From: Diadema antillarum
Lineage: Eukaryota
DNA length: 64,000 bases
Assembly (NCBI RefSeq): GCF_040938485.1
Contig: NW_027271755.1
Location: 806,001 to 870,000 of the forward strand
Direction: 5' to 3'
Both the position numbers and the translations under genes were made by a program. The notes beneath the pieces were generated by a model. It made no database searches. It was given only the letters and a program-made list of their open reading frames with translations, and was not told where the DNA came from. Position 1 is the stretch's first letter. Each line of letters opens with the position of its first letter. This document shows positions 1 through 13,152 of this stretch, in pieces.

Positions 1-64
1 TATAACTGTATACCCACGTTGCGCGATAGCGTCCTTTGTGCGGGCTAGCAACAATTTAGTGTGA
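1..64 (-). CDS. Candidate coding exon running off the window edge, (S)HTKLLLARTKDAIAQRGYTVI...
   Basis: Minus-strand acceptor cttcaattttgcag ends at 65. The phase-2 frame is open to base 1. Product not identified. Confidence 0.4.
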
Positions 65-1628
65 CTGCAAAATTGAAGCAAGCCCTTCTTTCTGGGATCC
101 ATGAAGCACAGCGCCAATTTACCGCAACACTGAATGAGATATACTAACTGTACATTGCAGTATGTAAATTTGAATCACATAGACATACAAGATGTGTACT
201 TTTTGATGAATTTTGAACACATGCAACTATTTTTTTTTTATAATTGTCTAATTCAATCAAAGATATGATTATAAAACTGATAAATGCTTTCAAAGTAGAT
301 TTTTGGAACTTGAAGTCCCAACATATGATCAATACACGACACAAACTATGAATAAGAATCACAAATAATACTTCGTAGGATCACATAACAATGCAATGAA
401 AGGTGTAATAAATTGCAAGATTAGAAAACGATAATTTCTGAAGGGTCATACCGGCTGGATCTGGCTGCAGTCTGTTTCTTGTTAAGGTATCTCATTGTGC
501 CCTCCTTGTTACTGTCACCTCACATTAAACGCCAAGGCACATGGGTAAGGTGAGATTTTCAAGGTCCTCTACAAGGGTCCACCTAAAAAGTCCATATAAG
601 TGTGTTGCTGTTGATCCACGTTACACTCTTGATATACCCATAATGCACGATAACTAAGCCAACAGTGCACCACCAGCACAGTTAGCTATGACTCAAAGCT
701 ATTTCCCCCCTCTCTATAAATAGACACTAGCGGATCCACAAAAGGCACATGGTTCCTTGAAGAGGTTGGCTCCATACACAAGAATCAGTCTTTTCGTTAG
801 AAACTATTCACTCCGTGCACTATCCTGCAACATTATTTCTTCCCTTTCCCTAATACCTTCCCTTCTTGCAGCAAGATTTTGCTAATGCGCAATGACACGT
901 ACAGACGTTGCTGCGAGTTCCTGAGGATGTGACGGCTGAAGGGGTCGCGCAAAGTCACAGGAAGCGTACCGCTAGCTGAGGGGGAGGGGGGATATATCAC
1001 CTGACATTGTATGACAGGGGAGGGGATCACGGCAAGATGCCCCCGACCATGCAGACTTGCAATGCAACTCTCAGACAACAACAGTACACTACAGAAAGAA
1101 TCACTTTGATTGCGGCAAAAGCAATCAAAGCTAGTTCTGGCAACAGTCCCATCCATGCATTCACGTGTTGTGCCATTTAATCACCACAGCTTTGCCTCAA
1201 ATATCATGCTACAACGCCCGCCGGGTTAAAGAGACATGGAACTTCTGTCTTTAATCCACCCGACATGAGTAATACTCTCACAACCTGCTTGTTCATCATC
1301 TTCCGAAGAGGAATGTGTGTATGTCCTTGCCACACTACATTCACACACATAAAATGTATATTTTTATGTGTATTATATTCACTCACACCTGATCTACAAT
1401 TGTATTTCAGCTTTACAACATAGATATTCCCACTGCATGACCATCCTAGATTCTGGAGCTCAACGAATCAAATGCACTGACAGGGTGACCCTCATTTCAT
1501 CCTTTAATATAATCATTTTAAAATCAATACACATATCCAAAGCAAAAAAAAAAAAAAAAAAAAATTAAACGTTGCGTTTAAATATCAATTGTACAGTATG
1601 GTACATCCTACCGTTTTGAATCTTAAAC

Positions 1629-1796
1629 GGGGCCCGTTGCATAAAACTTACCATTGAATTTCAATGGTAACTACTGTCAAAATTAGGCGTCACAGCCAAT
1701 CAGCATCAAATATTATAAAATTTACAGCTAATTTGAAGACTTACCGCTAGAAAGGAGCGGTAAGTCCAGCGGTAAGGGTTTTATGCAACAGGGCCC
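1629..1796. mobile_element. MITE (non-autonomous DNA transposon), about 168 bp
   Basis: Terminal inverted repeats gggcccgttgcataaaac-ttacc and ggtaagggttttatgcaacagggccc. No clear TSD. Confidence 0.75.
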
Positions 1797-2599
1797 AGTC
1801 TAGATTCAAGACTTTATTCTACTGTGCATTGATATTGATATTGACACAAAATACCTTTTCATATATGTCTCTCCTCATTTAATATGATTCATCATCAAGT
1901 GCACCTCTCCTAATCCCTATAGCACAAAGGCCTAAGGGTATTAGATATCAAGGGCAATGTAACAACGGTGATGACCTTTTTGTCATACACATGATGTGTG
2001 ACCATAAAGCAGATATCACACTTTGTGTTATAATTCAATTCACTATTGAGAAGTCGAACATTGTCTTGAGATTTGCTTGTCTGCAAAATCATTGCTGGCT
2101 TGTGTCCACATACAAGTACAATGTGTGTGGGGAATTAATCTGGTTCTTTCATACTTGTTAAACTTCTAACAGATATCCATATCCATTCTAACAGACTCTA
2201 TTTTACTCCATTGGCTTGCCACTATTGGACAAGCAGTTTCAACTTCTGCCTGTTTTGATACTTTCATTGATGTGCAGGCAAGTGTCCCAGAATATTATTT
2301 CAGAGATGATTATACTGAATTCACATACACGGATTGGAAATATGACAGATACGTTATTTCTTTGTCTTGAAAGTGGTGGATCATTTTAATACTATGGTCA
2401 CTCAAATGTATAGTAAAAAGTGTCATTGTCACGAGTGGAGTGACAGACGCTCTCCTCCACTGAGGTCAATTTGCATAGAATTTGTAAATAAGCATTTAAG
2501 CATGTAAATTTATGCAAACTGTTTAGCATTTCAATAGAAGAAATTCCAGACCGCTCTCGATAGAGCCACGGTAGTGCTATGTGTGGCAAGGAGCGGCAG

Positions 2600-3980
2600 T
2601 GTGACATCAGGCCTTGAAGGGGACATCACGCTGTGGTGCTGTCTCCGTGACACATTGCATGAGAATGTCCACTCGGTAACGGTGACAGGGGCCGCCACCC
2701 CAGTCAGTATTAACTAGAGATACCCACAGACAGTGGTAAGTGCATTAATTCTGAAATGTTTATGTATTCAATTGGCATAATTCGTTTGTGTAATGGATAT
2801 CCGAATTGAGAGTGAATTGTGATAAAGGTTTCAGTTAATATGTGATGTAGATACAATGGTTATTGTTAAACGCTCAAGTTAATATGTGATATAGAATGGT
2901 TGCTATTCATGGTTGCATGAGCTGAGATACATTTGTATATTTATAATGAGGTAATTTGAACGATGATTAGGATAATATGAATGTGCTCAAGTGCTCTGGC
3001 TGTAAGTGATCTGAATATTTTAATATTTGAAGGGTTTCCGGGTTTCCCGAAGGGTCAAGGGCCCACTGACACTGCAAGAGGCAGGTTCATAAAGGCGTTG
3101 ACTGTCGACCAGCTCGGAGGCAGTAAAGGGAGCATAGACTGTCGACCGGACTTCATTCCTGGATGCTGAGGAGACACCGCTAAGACGTCCGTCAGGAGAG
3201 CGACCATGCGAACGGCAATCGCGAAGAGTTGCTACGACAGACCACGCGACAGTCCATCCCAGCACCAGCGTAACGGGGCCCCGTCGTCGACCGACACCGT
3301 CGTCGACCTGCATTGTCATCGTCATACATCGTCGTCATAAGCCATCGTCACGCAACGTACACCCGCGACAGCCATTCGAGGTGAAATAAGTCCAATTTAA
3401 GTTAAACATAATAAAGTCTTAAGAGCCAGAAAGCCACTGAGCAGGAATGATTTATGTTCGTTTTTTCTCTTTTTATCATTTGCTGTAACACCAAGATTCA
3501 CGGTTATAGACAATTAAAATATTTGAGTTAACTGAATGCACATTGGTTCCTCCGTTTCGTCTTGTATGAGTTACAGCCTGCCAACAGTTCTCAGAGGTTA
3601 TGAAAATTTCTTTGTTCCGTTTATTTCCACATATAAGGATGGAAATCGGGCAAATTCTGTGACAGTCATCAAAGTTAGCATAGCCAGTATCCATCACAGT
3701 TGGGGGAGGTGGTGGGCAGGAAAAGGGTGGGTAGAGAGGTCTGAGGGATTTTGGGGTTGCCAATTTGCAGGGCTTCTTGGGCGCTTTGGGCACGGCTAAT
3801 TTATCAAGCCGAGTCCCTCCCTCAAATTCCACTGAGACATTACAGGGAGCTAGCTTAAAAATAAACCACTCTGCGAAATGAGAATTACAGATCTATTTGT
3901 GCCCTCTGCTGGGACATACGTAAGCCGCTCTACTTGAGTCCAACGACCCATAATGGGCTCGGGGTGAGCTTTGCGTCACA
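2600..3980 (+). mobile_element. Probable solo LTR or LTR-like remnant
   Basis: Starts TGTGAC and ends GTCACA (6-bp inverted TG...CA ends). CpG-rich interior at 3030-3380, AATAAA at 3410 and 3860, and internal short duplications. No matching TSD found, so boundaries are uncertain. Confidence 0.4.
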
Positions 3981-4459
3981 ACTTCAATTTCCTCGCCATC
4001 AGATTTCCAATTTGCTCAGACACCCCTCCAACTTTCTATGGCATGAGAAACTGGGGGCGGGTGGAGGAGATACACAAGAAACATGATCCTGCAATTTACG
4101 GTGGAAATAATACACGAATAATGCACATACTCAGTTTTCAGGATCAGACAGGGATAATATCAGGTACACAGAATTGACATTCTTTCTTCCTTTCAATCCA
4201 TATGAGAGTCTGTTTTCATCATTTGGTTTTGATGCCGGCATCCGATCACTCCCAGCGAAAAAAAGGGATTTGCGGGGACAGAGTCAATTATTGTTGCTTG
4301 CGGAGCCAATTTCATCATTTCCTGTGCGCGGCTTGACAGTAGCAAATTTCTGATTGGCGTCTTTTCCTTTTCTTTCTTTTTCACAAGCGAAACATGGCAT
4401 ACCTCAAGGCAGCAGTCTGCATGCAGTGCTAGCATTCTAAATAATCTGGATTGGGATAA

Positions 4460-4993
4460 GTTTTGTATACATACGTGTCTGGTCGCATTCTGAAGTTTGA
4501 AATATCTTGGCGACTTTTTACGGGGGCATCATTTGGCATGCCTTGTCACTCTATACTACCTTGGAACATCAAATAAATTGCAGGCTGTGAATAATTACAG
4601 ATCTAAAGACATATATTTAATGAACATATTTTGAAGGCAAAGATCAAATTTGAATTTGAAAAAAAGCTAATTGCATACTCCCACATGCTAAATCAAATTT
4701 TGAAAAGAAATTATTTCCATCTATAAAGCATATATGTGATGTGCCATCACGTTACCCGCATAAAGTCAGAGATCATTAAAAAAAAAAAAAATGCATGTAA
4801 TGCCGACTTCAGAACCATAACCTTTACAGTTTTCAAACTTTTAATTATTTTTGAAAATATTGTCCTCGTGTTATAGTACGGAAATATATTAATTTTTAAA
4901 GCTCGGCATCTGACAAATTCATATCTGGTATAAAAAATTAAAAAATATCAGTATTTTTCTGACATCATATCGCTTATGAGATGGTGCATCATA
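4460..4993. mobile_element. Possible DNA transposon remnant (one end only)
   Basis: AT-rich, transposon-like texture ending gatggtgcatcatat. No partner TIR located. Confidence 0.25.
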
Positions 4994-5134
4994 TATTTTC
5001 TTATTTCTGTTTAAGAAAAATGATACTGATACCATAAATATATCTGAGTTTTAAGCAGCTTGGAATCATGTCCCATCACTTCTAGCGAAGTACAGGGTTG
5101 GTTCCACTCATACATGGACATCGGACAACTTTAA

Positions 5135-5220
5135 CTCTATGTGAACTTTGAGTGTTGACTGGCACAGAAAACCCCATAGCATTGTACACACACTGTCCAA
5201 AGTCCCTGGTACAGAAAGAG
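5135..5220. mobile_element. Tiny TTAA-flanked piggyBac-like MITE, 86 bp
   Basis: ttaa|ctct...agag|ttaa with short imperfect TIRs. Similar in size to the elements at 18212 and 37572. Confidence 0.5.
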
Positions 5221-8200
5221 TTAATGCCCACAGTGAGTGATATGCCATACATTAACAGACTTTTGAACATTTTAGGGATTTCTCTACAGAAAGCATATGA
5301 GAAGATGCCAACCTTTAGTTTTCATCTATGGGGATATTTCTATCCCCCCTCCCTCCCCCCCCCCCCCCCCCTTCCAAAAGAGTGTAAATGCAGCTGGATT
5401 GCACTAAAGCATCTGTAACACATACAAAATGCTGGTCTAAAAAGGTCAAAGTTACCTTTGGCATTTGGCGGAGTCCACAATTCACTGCTATGCCAACGAA
5501 AAGCCAAAAACATAAATATGGGACACATTACACCGCGCATAACAAGTTATAAAGTCAGGCTTGATACGCCTTGTATGTCTCGCGTACTTTTGTTCACAGA
5601 CAGTGTGGTCATTTAAACTGCATTGAGAGCTCTATGGAAGTCCATAATCGGGCTGGACTGTCCAATTAATCACAATTATGGTTTATCCTACAGACAATTC
5701 TTTGTAATGCCCCACTTTCCCACATCAAAGATTTACTGAACACAGAAAATGCATTCTATCTCAGTACGTAGTGAAAGCAGCAAAACTTTCTGCAATGTTT
5801 TATGATACCCCACAATGATGTCAAGGGTATCATTTCAAATTAAATGGCAACATTTCACATTAAACAGCACTGTCCCAGAAATTCTTCAGGCGCCAGGCTC
5901 TGACACTGAGTGGTCAACTCAGCAACATTGTCTGGAGGAAGTAAAATTTCTCATTTACCAGCTCCTTTACTTCACATGCCTGCAAAAACTTGGTATGCAG
6001 AAAAAAAAAAATCACAACATGGCATCTTCATCCCTTTTATTCATCATCAAAGATTGTACAAAGTCACAAATATGATGTTTTAAACAGTTTTCTTTAAAGT
6101 TACTCATGCATTATTAATACCCATTTCATCAAAACACATCCAATTTTTGGAGAACTTTGTTTTCGTAGCCACACCAAGTATCCCAACACCAAGCAAAATG
6201 AAAAGAGCTAAAGCAAATTACACAAAAACATAAAGTCTCTAATTGAGTTTTGATTGATGTCCAGTGCAACAAAACCAGAATAAACACAAGAAGAAATGGA
6301 ACCCAGCAATATTTCAACTTCATCCATCTTTTGAAAGGTGTCTTTTTTTCTTTTTTTTTTCTGAAATAGCCCTTGCTGATAAAAATCCAAATTCTGGACC
6401 TGCAATTCTTCACCTACATCAAGGTAATTACGAGCAAGTGGTTACTTCTACTTACGTACATCCTACCCACATTACACCTTGAATTCTTTCCACATCAAGT
6501 TACATGTAGTTTCATGTAAAAATAAACTTTAATAGCTGAAGCAGTATTGGATCAAACGGAAAATGAGTTTGATGAACTAGTAGCTCTTTTCTTTTCCTTT
6601 CCCCATTTATTGTTGTTGTTATTGTTATTATGGCTACACTACTTGGCAATACTGGCAGTGGACAAAACATATTCATTATCAAAATTTGAGACTCCATCCT
6701 CGGGAGGATGACTACCATCAAGTTTTAGGTACTACATAATATACCCCACAGCACTTTCATTAAGAATCACGGATGAAAACATAAAAAGTTTGCATGCCAA
6801 CCTCAACACACGCAGAAAACATGGCTCATGTTCTACGGAGGGATGCTATTTGATGACAAGAGCTCGGCCGCAACCCTCGGGCTAACATGCCAGCCACGAA
6901 GCAAGCGGCGAGTGAAGAGCACCACCGACCACACGAATCTCATTTTGATCGAGGCTCTCTAGAGTTCACTAACATTCACAAGTTAGTGCTGCTCTGAGTA
7001 ACATATGCATGTGAATTCCATAAACTATAAGAACTAAAAGCATTTTGATTGAAGATCATGCTGAAAAAAAAAATCAAGATTGCAAAAAATAAAATTAAGA
7101 ATATATAACAAAAATATATATACAGTATATATATGTACATATGAGATATACACCACTCAAAAAGAGCACAGTCAAAGGCCTAGCAAAGGGGCCGAATGCA
7201 TACTTACTTGAATTTGGTTTTCACATTTTCCCAGGTAAATAGACTTCATGGTCACAAAGGAATAAATGAAACAGAGGGCGGTTAGTCACATCCAGAGGAA
7301 GAGAAATGTCAGAAGTTCCCTGCAAAAACGTCACTGTTGCCATCCTTGCATGAAATAAAGTATAATGGCAACAATGACCTCTTTGCAAGAAGGGAAAAAA
7401 AAGAGAGAATAAAGTGTTAATTATACACATATGGGCGTGATGAGGAGTGCTAGTAACTTTCGGGACACGGCTGGTACAACTTACACACAAAGCTGTATGC
7501 AAAAAGCGCAAGGTGAAAGCCCAGCAAATCACTGTACATGTAGAGGCTTGAATTACCAGCACAAGTGTATGCCATAATGAGTGACCATCAAACCACAAGC
7601 AAACAAGGCTTTGAAGTGCATGCTGGGGGGGGGGGGGGGGGGGGGGGGGCTGTTACACAGGTGGGAGCCAGACACACAGGGGAGGGGATTCTAAATGGAA
7701 AATAATAATAATACGACGATGATTTCATCGTATAAGCTTGACGCAGCCAGTGAGATTCATGACACATTTTTTTTGACAGCGGAATTAATACAGTATGTAT
7801 GCACCTGTTGTGTCTTTACATAATATCAACTTCCTTTTAGCCTGGTAACAATTAACCACAAGTGATTTTCTCTCTGTTATTCAATTTGCATTCATAATCA
7901 CAAACAGAATTATATAGAGTCTAATGAAACTCCTTTTTTTTTGCAAATGATGAGTATTTCCTTGTGTATGTTCAGAAACTGTAGTAAACATCAAGCTATT
8001 CTGAGAGCAAACCTTCACAACTTACATTTGTTTGTTCATTTGTTAAAAAGTTTGGTTGTTTTGCCAACCAACATAAAAGAAAAGAGACCTATCTAATGAG
8101 TGAATCCTTCTTCAAAGAATAGAAGCAGAAGTTTTACCAGGAACCTTACTGTGGGATGCTGATTCGGTTCCTGATGTCACATTCAAATGGCGTAACCGTG

Positions 8201-8336
8201 GAAATGATGCGTGATAAATGAGCTGCCAAAATAAACATGTTAAAAATGGGCCGCCACACGCGGCGCTTGCTTGCATGCTGAACGAATCAACGATCTGGTT
8301 TACCAATCAAATTTTAGCACTGTGGCTGTCTACTTC

Positions 8337-8480
8337 TCATGTATGTTTCATGCTCATCTGAGCATCAGTTTCAGATGGGGAAGGACCGACGTCATTGATC
8401 ACATCAAGAGGGTGTTTGCTGAGCGTCTCTAATAATGTTTCTTGTTCCTTCCGGTATCCTGATTTCTCTTCAGCACTCAT
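8337..8480 (-). CDS. Candidate alternative terminal exon, MSAEEKSGYRKEQETLLETLSKHPLDVINDVGPSPSETDAQMSMKHT*
   Basis: AG immediately before the ATG at 8480, then 47 codons of protein-like composition. Only phase 0 is open, which fits the phase-0 exit of 16885. The polypyrimidine tract is weak. Confidence 0.3.
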   Translation of the reverse strand: MSAEEKSGYRKEQETLLETLSKHPLDVINDVGPSPSETDAQMSMKHT

Positions 8481-9437
8481 CTATATCGCATAACTGTATT
8501 CATCAAATTTTATGCACACACAAATTAAATTTCAAACAGCTATCAGTGCTTGAGGTACTCGTGTACATGCAAGTGCCCACACAGAGTCGTATCTGAGAAC
8601 ATGACTTCCAAAGGTGTTAGCTCCTTTCCAAAACTCTCCAAGTTTCTGTCAATTTTGTTTCAGCAAACGGGAGCGTATTGTGGAGTCAAATTTCATTTCC
8701 AAATACCACAGACCCAAATACACTGTATTTAACACTGACAAATGAAAATAAGTCTTTTAGAAGCATCTTCTCAAGGCCCAAATAGAAAAAAAAAGAAACT
8801 ATGATGAATTGACCATAATTTGAATGTTGAGATAAAATCATATAATAATATAAGCTGTCACTTGGGTTAAAATGAGCTTCAGCTTAATGTAAATGCTTTG
8901 AAAATAAGACATATAATTTACTACCTCCTAGCATATATAAAGACATCTCACTTTGGCTTCTGATCTTATTTCAAATTCATGTCTTCCGAAAAATTAGCAC
9001 AACATGAACAGAAGCATACAAAAGGTAAGTGAATTCTTAGTACTAATGCTCCTCAATCAACGCTGCAATGGCCTTTAAATCAACCTCATACATCAATTAG
9101 ATTCACACATCTTTTAAAAGATGGTGTATCAACAAAGCATCGGTCATGATATAGGCTATATAATATGATATAAAGACAGCCAATATCACCCCAAGTGGCT
9201 GCACTTTCTCTTCACGGAAACCAAGACAAAGCCGCTCTCTTGATGCTGAGGTCAGGACCCCTCGCACTCCGTGGTGGCCAGTCTGATTGCCGACAGGTGC
9301 AAATGGGACTCGCCCTGGGGGCTATCGCAGATTGCAAAACTATGCCTGTTGCAACCAATCTCTGGCACGCACTGCTCCCGAATATATGCCCTCGCTGTGA
9401 GCTGGTGGGGGGGGGGGGGGGGGACAAAAACCGATAC

Positions 9438-9500
9438 CTGCAATATCTGACTCCGTTACTCTGCAATTTCTCATCCAATCTGACGGTTATCGATGCAATC
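9438..9500 (-). CDS. Candidate 63-nt phase 2-2 exon, (R)IASITVRLDEKLQSNGVRYC
   Basis: Acceptor acattcttcag and donor cag|gtatcg. Only the phase-2 frame lacks stops. Confidence 0.35.
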
Positions 9501-10007
9501 CTGAAGAATGTGAATTCAATCCCCCTTTATCGTGGGCTGTTATCCCTTCCACACTGTCTGGCATATGTCTAATTTTAGGCTGTTTGCCTTCAAGATTGTA
9601 CATTGTATCAATCCTACCTATGTATAGAATCTGCCTACACTCCCTCCCATCCACTTTTGGTTAGAAAAAAAAAATAGTATTCAAAATAATAATAATTGTG
9701 TTACCAAACACAGACAGCCTGTACTCTGCCCGAAACCTACCAAAATGGTGACCCTTGCCCTTATGTTTAATAATGCACTGTTCAATCATGCATGTTTGGA
9801 ATGACAGGCTTACAAAAAAAATTCTCAGATTTTATTGATTTTTTTTTTGTAAAACAGGTAACATTATTCAACCTTGATGGAAATGACTAATTTAATGACA
9901 AAAAATGTTTTATACCAAATATTGTCTGTGAATTCTGGATTGAGACATCATCGACCCTGACATCCTCCCCCCCCCCCCCCCCAGGAAAAAAGTCAAGGGC
10001 AGATTAA

Positions 10008-10356
10008 AGGTCCTGTTTACATTTGGGAGCAGTGTTTTAAAAAATGTTCAAGATATCACTTTTGATGCATATGTGTAGGTCAGTTGTATGACAAAACATC
10101 CTACCATATAAAATTTTGGCAATAAAGCCTAAGATATATGGAGGATATCACTACTAATTCATTACTAAACCATAACTGTAGACGGTTTAGTCCGGGAACA
10201 TTTATTGTTCACATTTTGTATATTTAACAATACTTAAATGATTATACTGGTTCAGATTTTTACATTGGTTGTTTCTATCCCTAACTCACATTTTAGAACT
10301 ATTTTGAAGCACTAATGCTGGGTTTTTGTTTCATCTGCAAATGGTAAATTATGCCT
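10008..10356 (+). mobile_element. Kolobok-type MITE, family K1
   Basis: TTAA on both sides, AGG...CCT termini. Closely similar to copies at 12371, 42948, 49808 and 59681. Confidence 0.88.
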
Positions 10357-10384
10357 TTAATCCCTAACTCTACAGTCTCAAGGA

Positions 10385-10700
10385 ACTAGTCTTGGTTGAG
10401 ATGGGGCATTCAGATTTAACTTTTTGCAAGATAATTAGAAAACACTTATGAAATATTGAAGAGCATACACTTCTAAGAAGAATTCAAAGTTGATTTTGGA
10501 ATGGCTGAGATATCCAAAATCATAGCAGAACAAAGTGGTCATAATAAAAGGTGGGTCCCACCTTTTATTAGGACCTCCTTGTTTTTGGTTTATACCAAAA
10601 CTTCTAAATTTTTTTCATTTCAAACTTCACTGATGTGTGCTATTTCAATATTTCTGCATGCACTGAACCCACATAATATATGTTTACCAAACAACAGTTA
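10385..10700. mobile_element. Degenerate palindromic Kolobok-type element, family K3
   Basis: Central 14-bp-arm palindrome taataaaaggtggg-t-cccaccttttatta at 10542-10570. The left arm is similar to 48341-48840. Confidence 0.5.
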
Positions 10701-11150
10701 AGAGGAGTAAAAGAAGGAGAGCCAGTCAATGGTAAGAACCTGGCTCCAATTTTTTTTTCAATAACAATCCCTTGTTATCCCTAGATTGGATACTTTCGAT
10801 ACACATCCGGTAAATAATCAGGCCCTAGAAAGGTTCTTGACTCTCACTGGTCTGCAATAATCTCAATGTGGTTAGTCACCAGAACCAAGCCCAACTCATT
10901 TGAATGGTTTCTTTGTAGAAGGGAAGGCTGGAAGCTCCTTATATTTTTCTTCCAGCTGTGAAGTTTGTTTCTTTTCAACCAGCTTTCGCATTCACACAAC
11001 ATGAAGCCAGCAGTATTTTGCTTTTAAAACAGTTGAGTGTATTTCGGGTCATTTGACCATAATCCTGGTATAATTTGTCTCTTTTTTTTTTCCTGGGGGG
11101 AAGGGCTAATTCAAAACACCTCATGAGATGACATGTGATCTGGATTTTAC

Positions 11151-11176
11151 CTGCTGAACAAAGCACCGTTCAATAT
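11151..11176 (-). CDS. Candidate 26-nt microexon, ILNGALFS(R), phase 0 to 2
   Basis: Strong acceptor ttccttttttttatcag and donor cag|gtaaaa. Confidence 0.35.
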
Positions 11177-11465
11177 CTGATAAAAAAAGGAAAATACAAT
11201 CATTTTTCCAACAACAAAAAAAATTGTCATATCAATCTTTCAATGAAGCTCTGGTGTAGATTCCAGTAAATGGTTTCAGTCAAATAAAGCTTTTAGAATC
11301 ATGAAATTGATGCCAACAATATCTAGAAAATCCCTCACAGCATAAAACTGCAGAAAGCTCTCACCAGCATTTCAAAACAAAAAAAAAAAATCAAAAAACC
11401 TGATATTTCTGTTCAAAGTGTGCCACTACCTCAATCTGTGAAGGTGACAGAAAAAAAACACCATA

Positions 11466-11676
11466 TACTGTAAAACAAGGAATTTTCGCGTGCACTTTAA
11501 TTTCGCGAATTTCGCGAGCGCCAAGATTCGCGAAATTAAAATGCAAGCGAAAGTCCTTGTTTACACTATATGCACTGAACACCAGTGGCACTTTGCGAAA
11601 ATTTCATGCCATGAAAAAGGCTGTCGGCTCCAATTCGCGACAAATTCATGCCGCGAATATATCATGTTTTACAGTA
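11466..11676 (+). mobile_element. TA-flanked Tc1/mariner-type MITE, family T1
   Basis: ta|ctgtaaaac...gttttacag|ta with internal TTTCGCGA repeats. Homologous to 16327, 17308 and 25979. Confidence 0.85.
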
Positions 11677-11981
11677 TAGTAATTCCCTGTTGTTGATGTT
11701 ATGTTTTCTTTGTTGTTGTAGTTCTTTTTTCTTTTGTCCACTGCTCATGAGTCACAGTGTTGCCAGTCAGGTTCACAGACACGTCTGGGGAGTTAAAAGT
11801 GACAGGTTATGTCTGCAACATGAAATGTGGCACATACTGTGGAAGGGCAAAGGCATGGGATTGTAGACTTGTTCCCCAGGCACTTGTTTCCCACCAATGA
11901 TTCAAAAAATGTTTTCATCCAAAGTCAAAAGTGTTTGATGCCGGTCAAAATGATTCACAGCTGTCATTAATCCTACAATAC

Positions 11982-12044
11982 AAAGTTGTCGGGTTGTCGG
12001 AGTCGGAGTTGTCACCGATATCTGGATCTGTCTCTGTCTCGACA
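11982..12044 (-). CDS. Candidate 63-nt phase 2-2 exon, (S)VETETDPDIGDNSDSDNPTT
   Basis: Acceptor tttcacaatatttcag and an acidic, coding-like frame. The donor tt|gtattg is weak; otherwise the frame ends in a stop about 11 codons later. Confidence 0.35.
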
Positions 12045-12370
12045 CTGAAATATTGTGAAACTCCTGTTGGTGAAAACTAAGTATGTCATTCGTCACCGTC
12101 GTGTCAAAATGTTTTCGTTGCAACTGTCAAGGGTGGGGTTTCATAGAGGGGGCATGTCTGTCCAGAATATCGACTTCTAGTAACCTCCCCCCCCCCCCTA
12201 ACAATATACAGGCAGAAGACTGATATACTAATATTCAACTCCATTTATTACCTTTTCACAAATCAGCGATATGAACTGCTACCTCATACAGCTTGTAGGT
12301 CTACTCAAATTGGCAACAGTGATGATCAATGTCATCATCTCACAAGTCTCCCACTGCACACACATCTTAA

Positions 12371-12746
12371 AGGTACTGTTTACCATTGGCAGCAGTGACT
12401 TTTAAAAAAAAAGTTCTAGTTATTACATTAACATTTGATGTATACGTGTAGGTCATCAGTTGTCTCATAAAACATCCTAACATATAAACATTTCTCAATA
12501 AAGCCTAATACATAAGGAGATATCGCTATTTTCCTCAATAAACCATAATTGTAGATGGCTTATTCTAGAAATAATTTCATCAAAACTGCTGTTCACATTT
12601 TGTATATTTAACAATACTTAACATTGATTATACTGATTAACATTTTTACATTGGAAGTTTCTATTCCTAACTCACATTTTAGAACTTGTATCTTGAAGCA
12701 CTAAAGCTGGGTTTTTTGTTTCATCTGCAAATGGTAAATAACGCCT
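12371..12746 (+). mobile_element. Kolobok-type MITE, family K1
   Basis: ttaa|aggtactgtttac...gtaaataacgcct|ttaa. Aligns to 10008-10356. Confidence 0.88.
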
Positions 12747-13000
12747 TTAAAGAAAATTATAATTTTCATATTTCTTCGAACAATTCAATGGAGAGCTGTA
12801 AGGTGATCACATCATTGTCTCCTCTCATTCATGGGAATTTGGCAAAAACATGTGAAACTTCAAAAATTCTACAACTTTCTTATTCAATTTTCTGACTACC
12901 ATAGAAAATTTCCATCCTTCTGTTCATCTGAATTTCGTCCTTTCCCAAATCAGCTTTAAAATGCACTTTGATAGGTCACACTTATCAAAAAACATTATCA

Positions 13001-13152
13001 TACTGTAAACGCCATATATTTTCGTAGTGGTTTTTATTTTCGTGAATTTCCAAAGTCGGGGTCTCTTCAAGAATTTAACCACTCCTGAAAATGTTGGGAA
13101 GTCCTGATTCACGAAAAATTAGACTCTCTACTGATCTGGCATATAAATACAG
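13001..13152 (-). mobile_element. TA-flanked MITE, family T2, internally deleted
   Basis: Starts tactgtaaacgccatatattttcg. The interior matches the reverse complement of 34470-34713. Confidence 0.65.

Noticed and set aside
7210-7320. Minus-strand exon-like unit (ttttgcag ... caa|gtaagt)
   Set aside because: All three frames contain stops, so it is at most non-coding or a poison exon. No further support.
9195-9572. 125-aa plus-strand ORF
   Set aside because: Runs through a poly-G tract with no domain. The better signal is a minus-strand exon within it.
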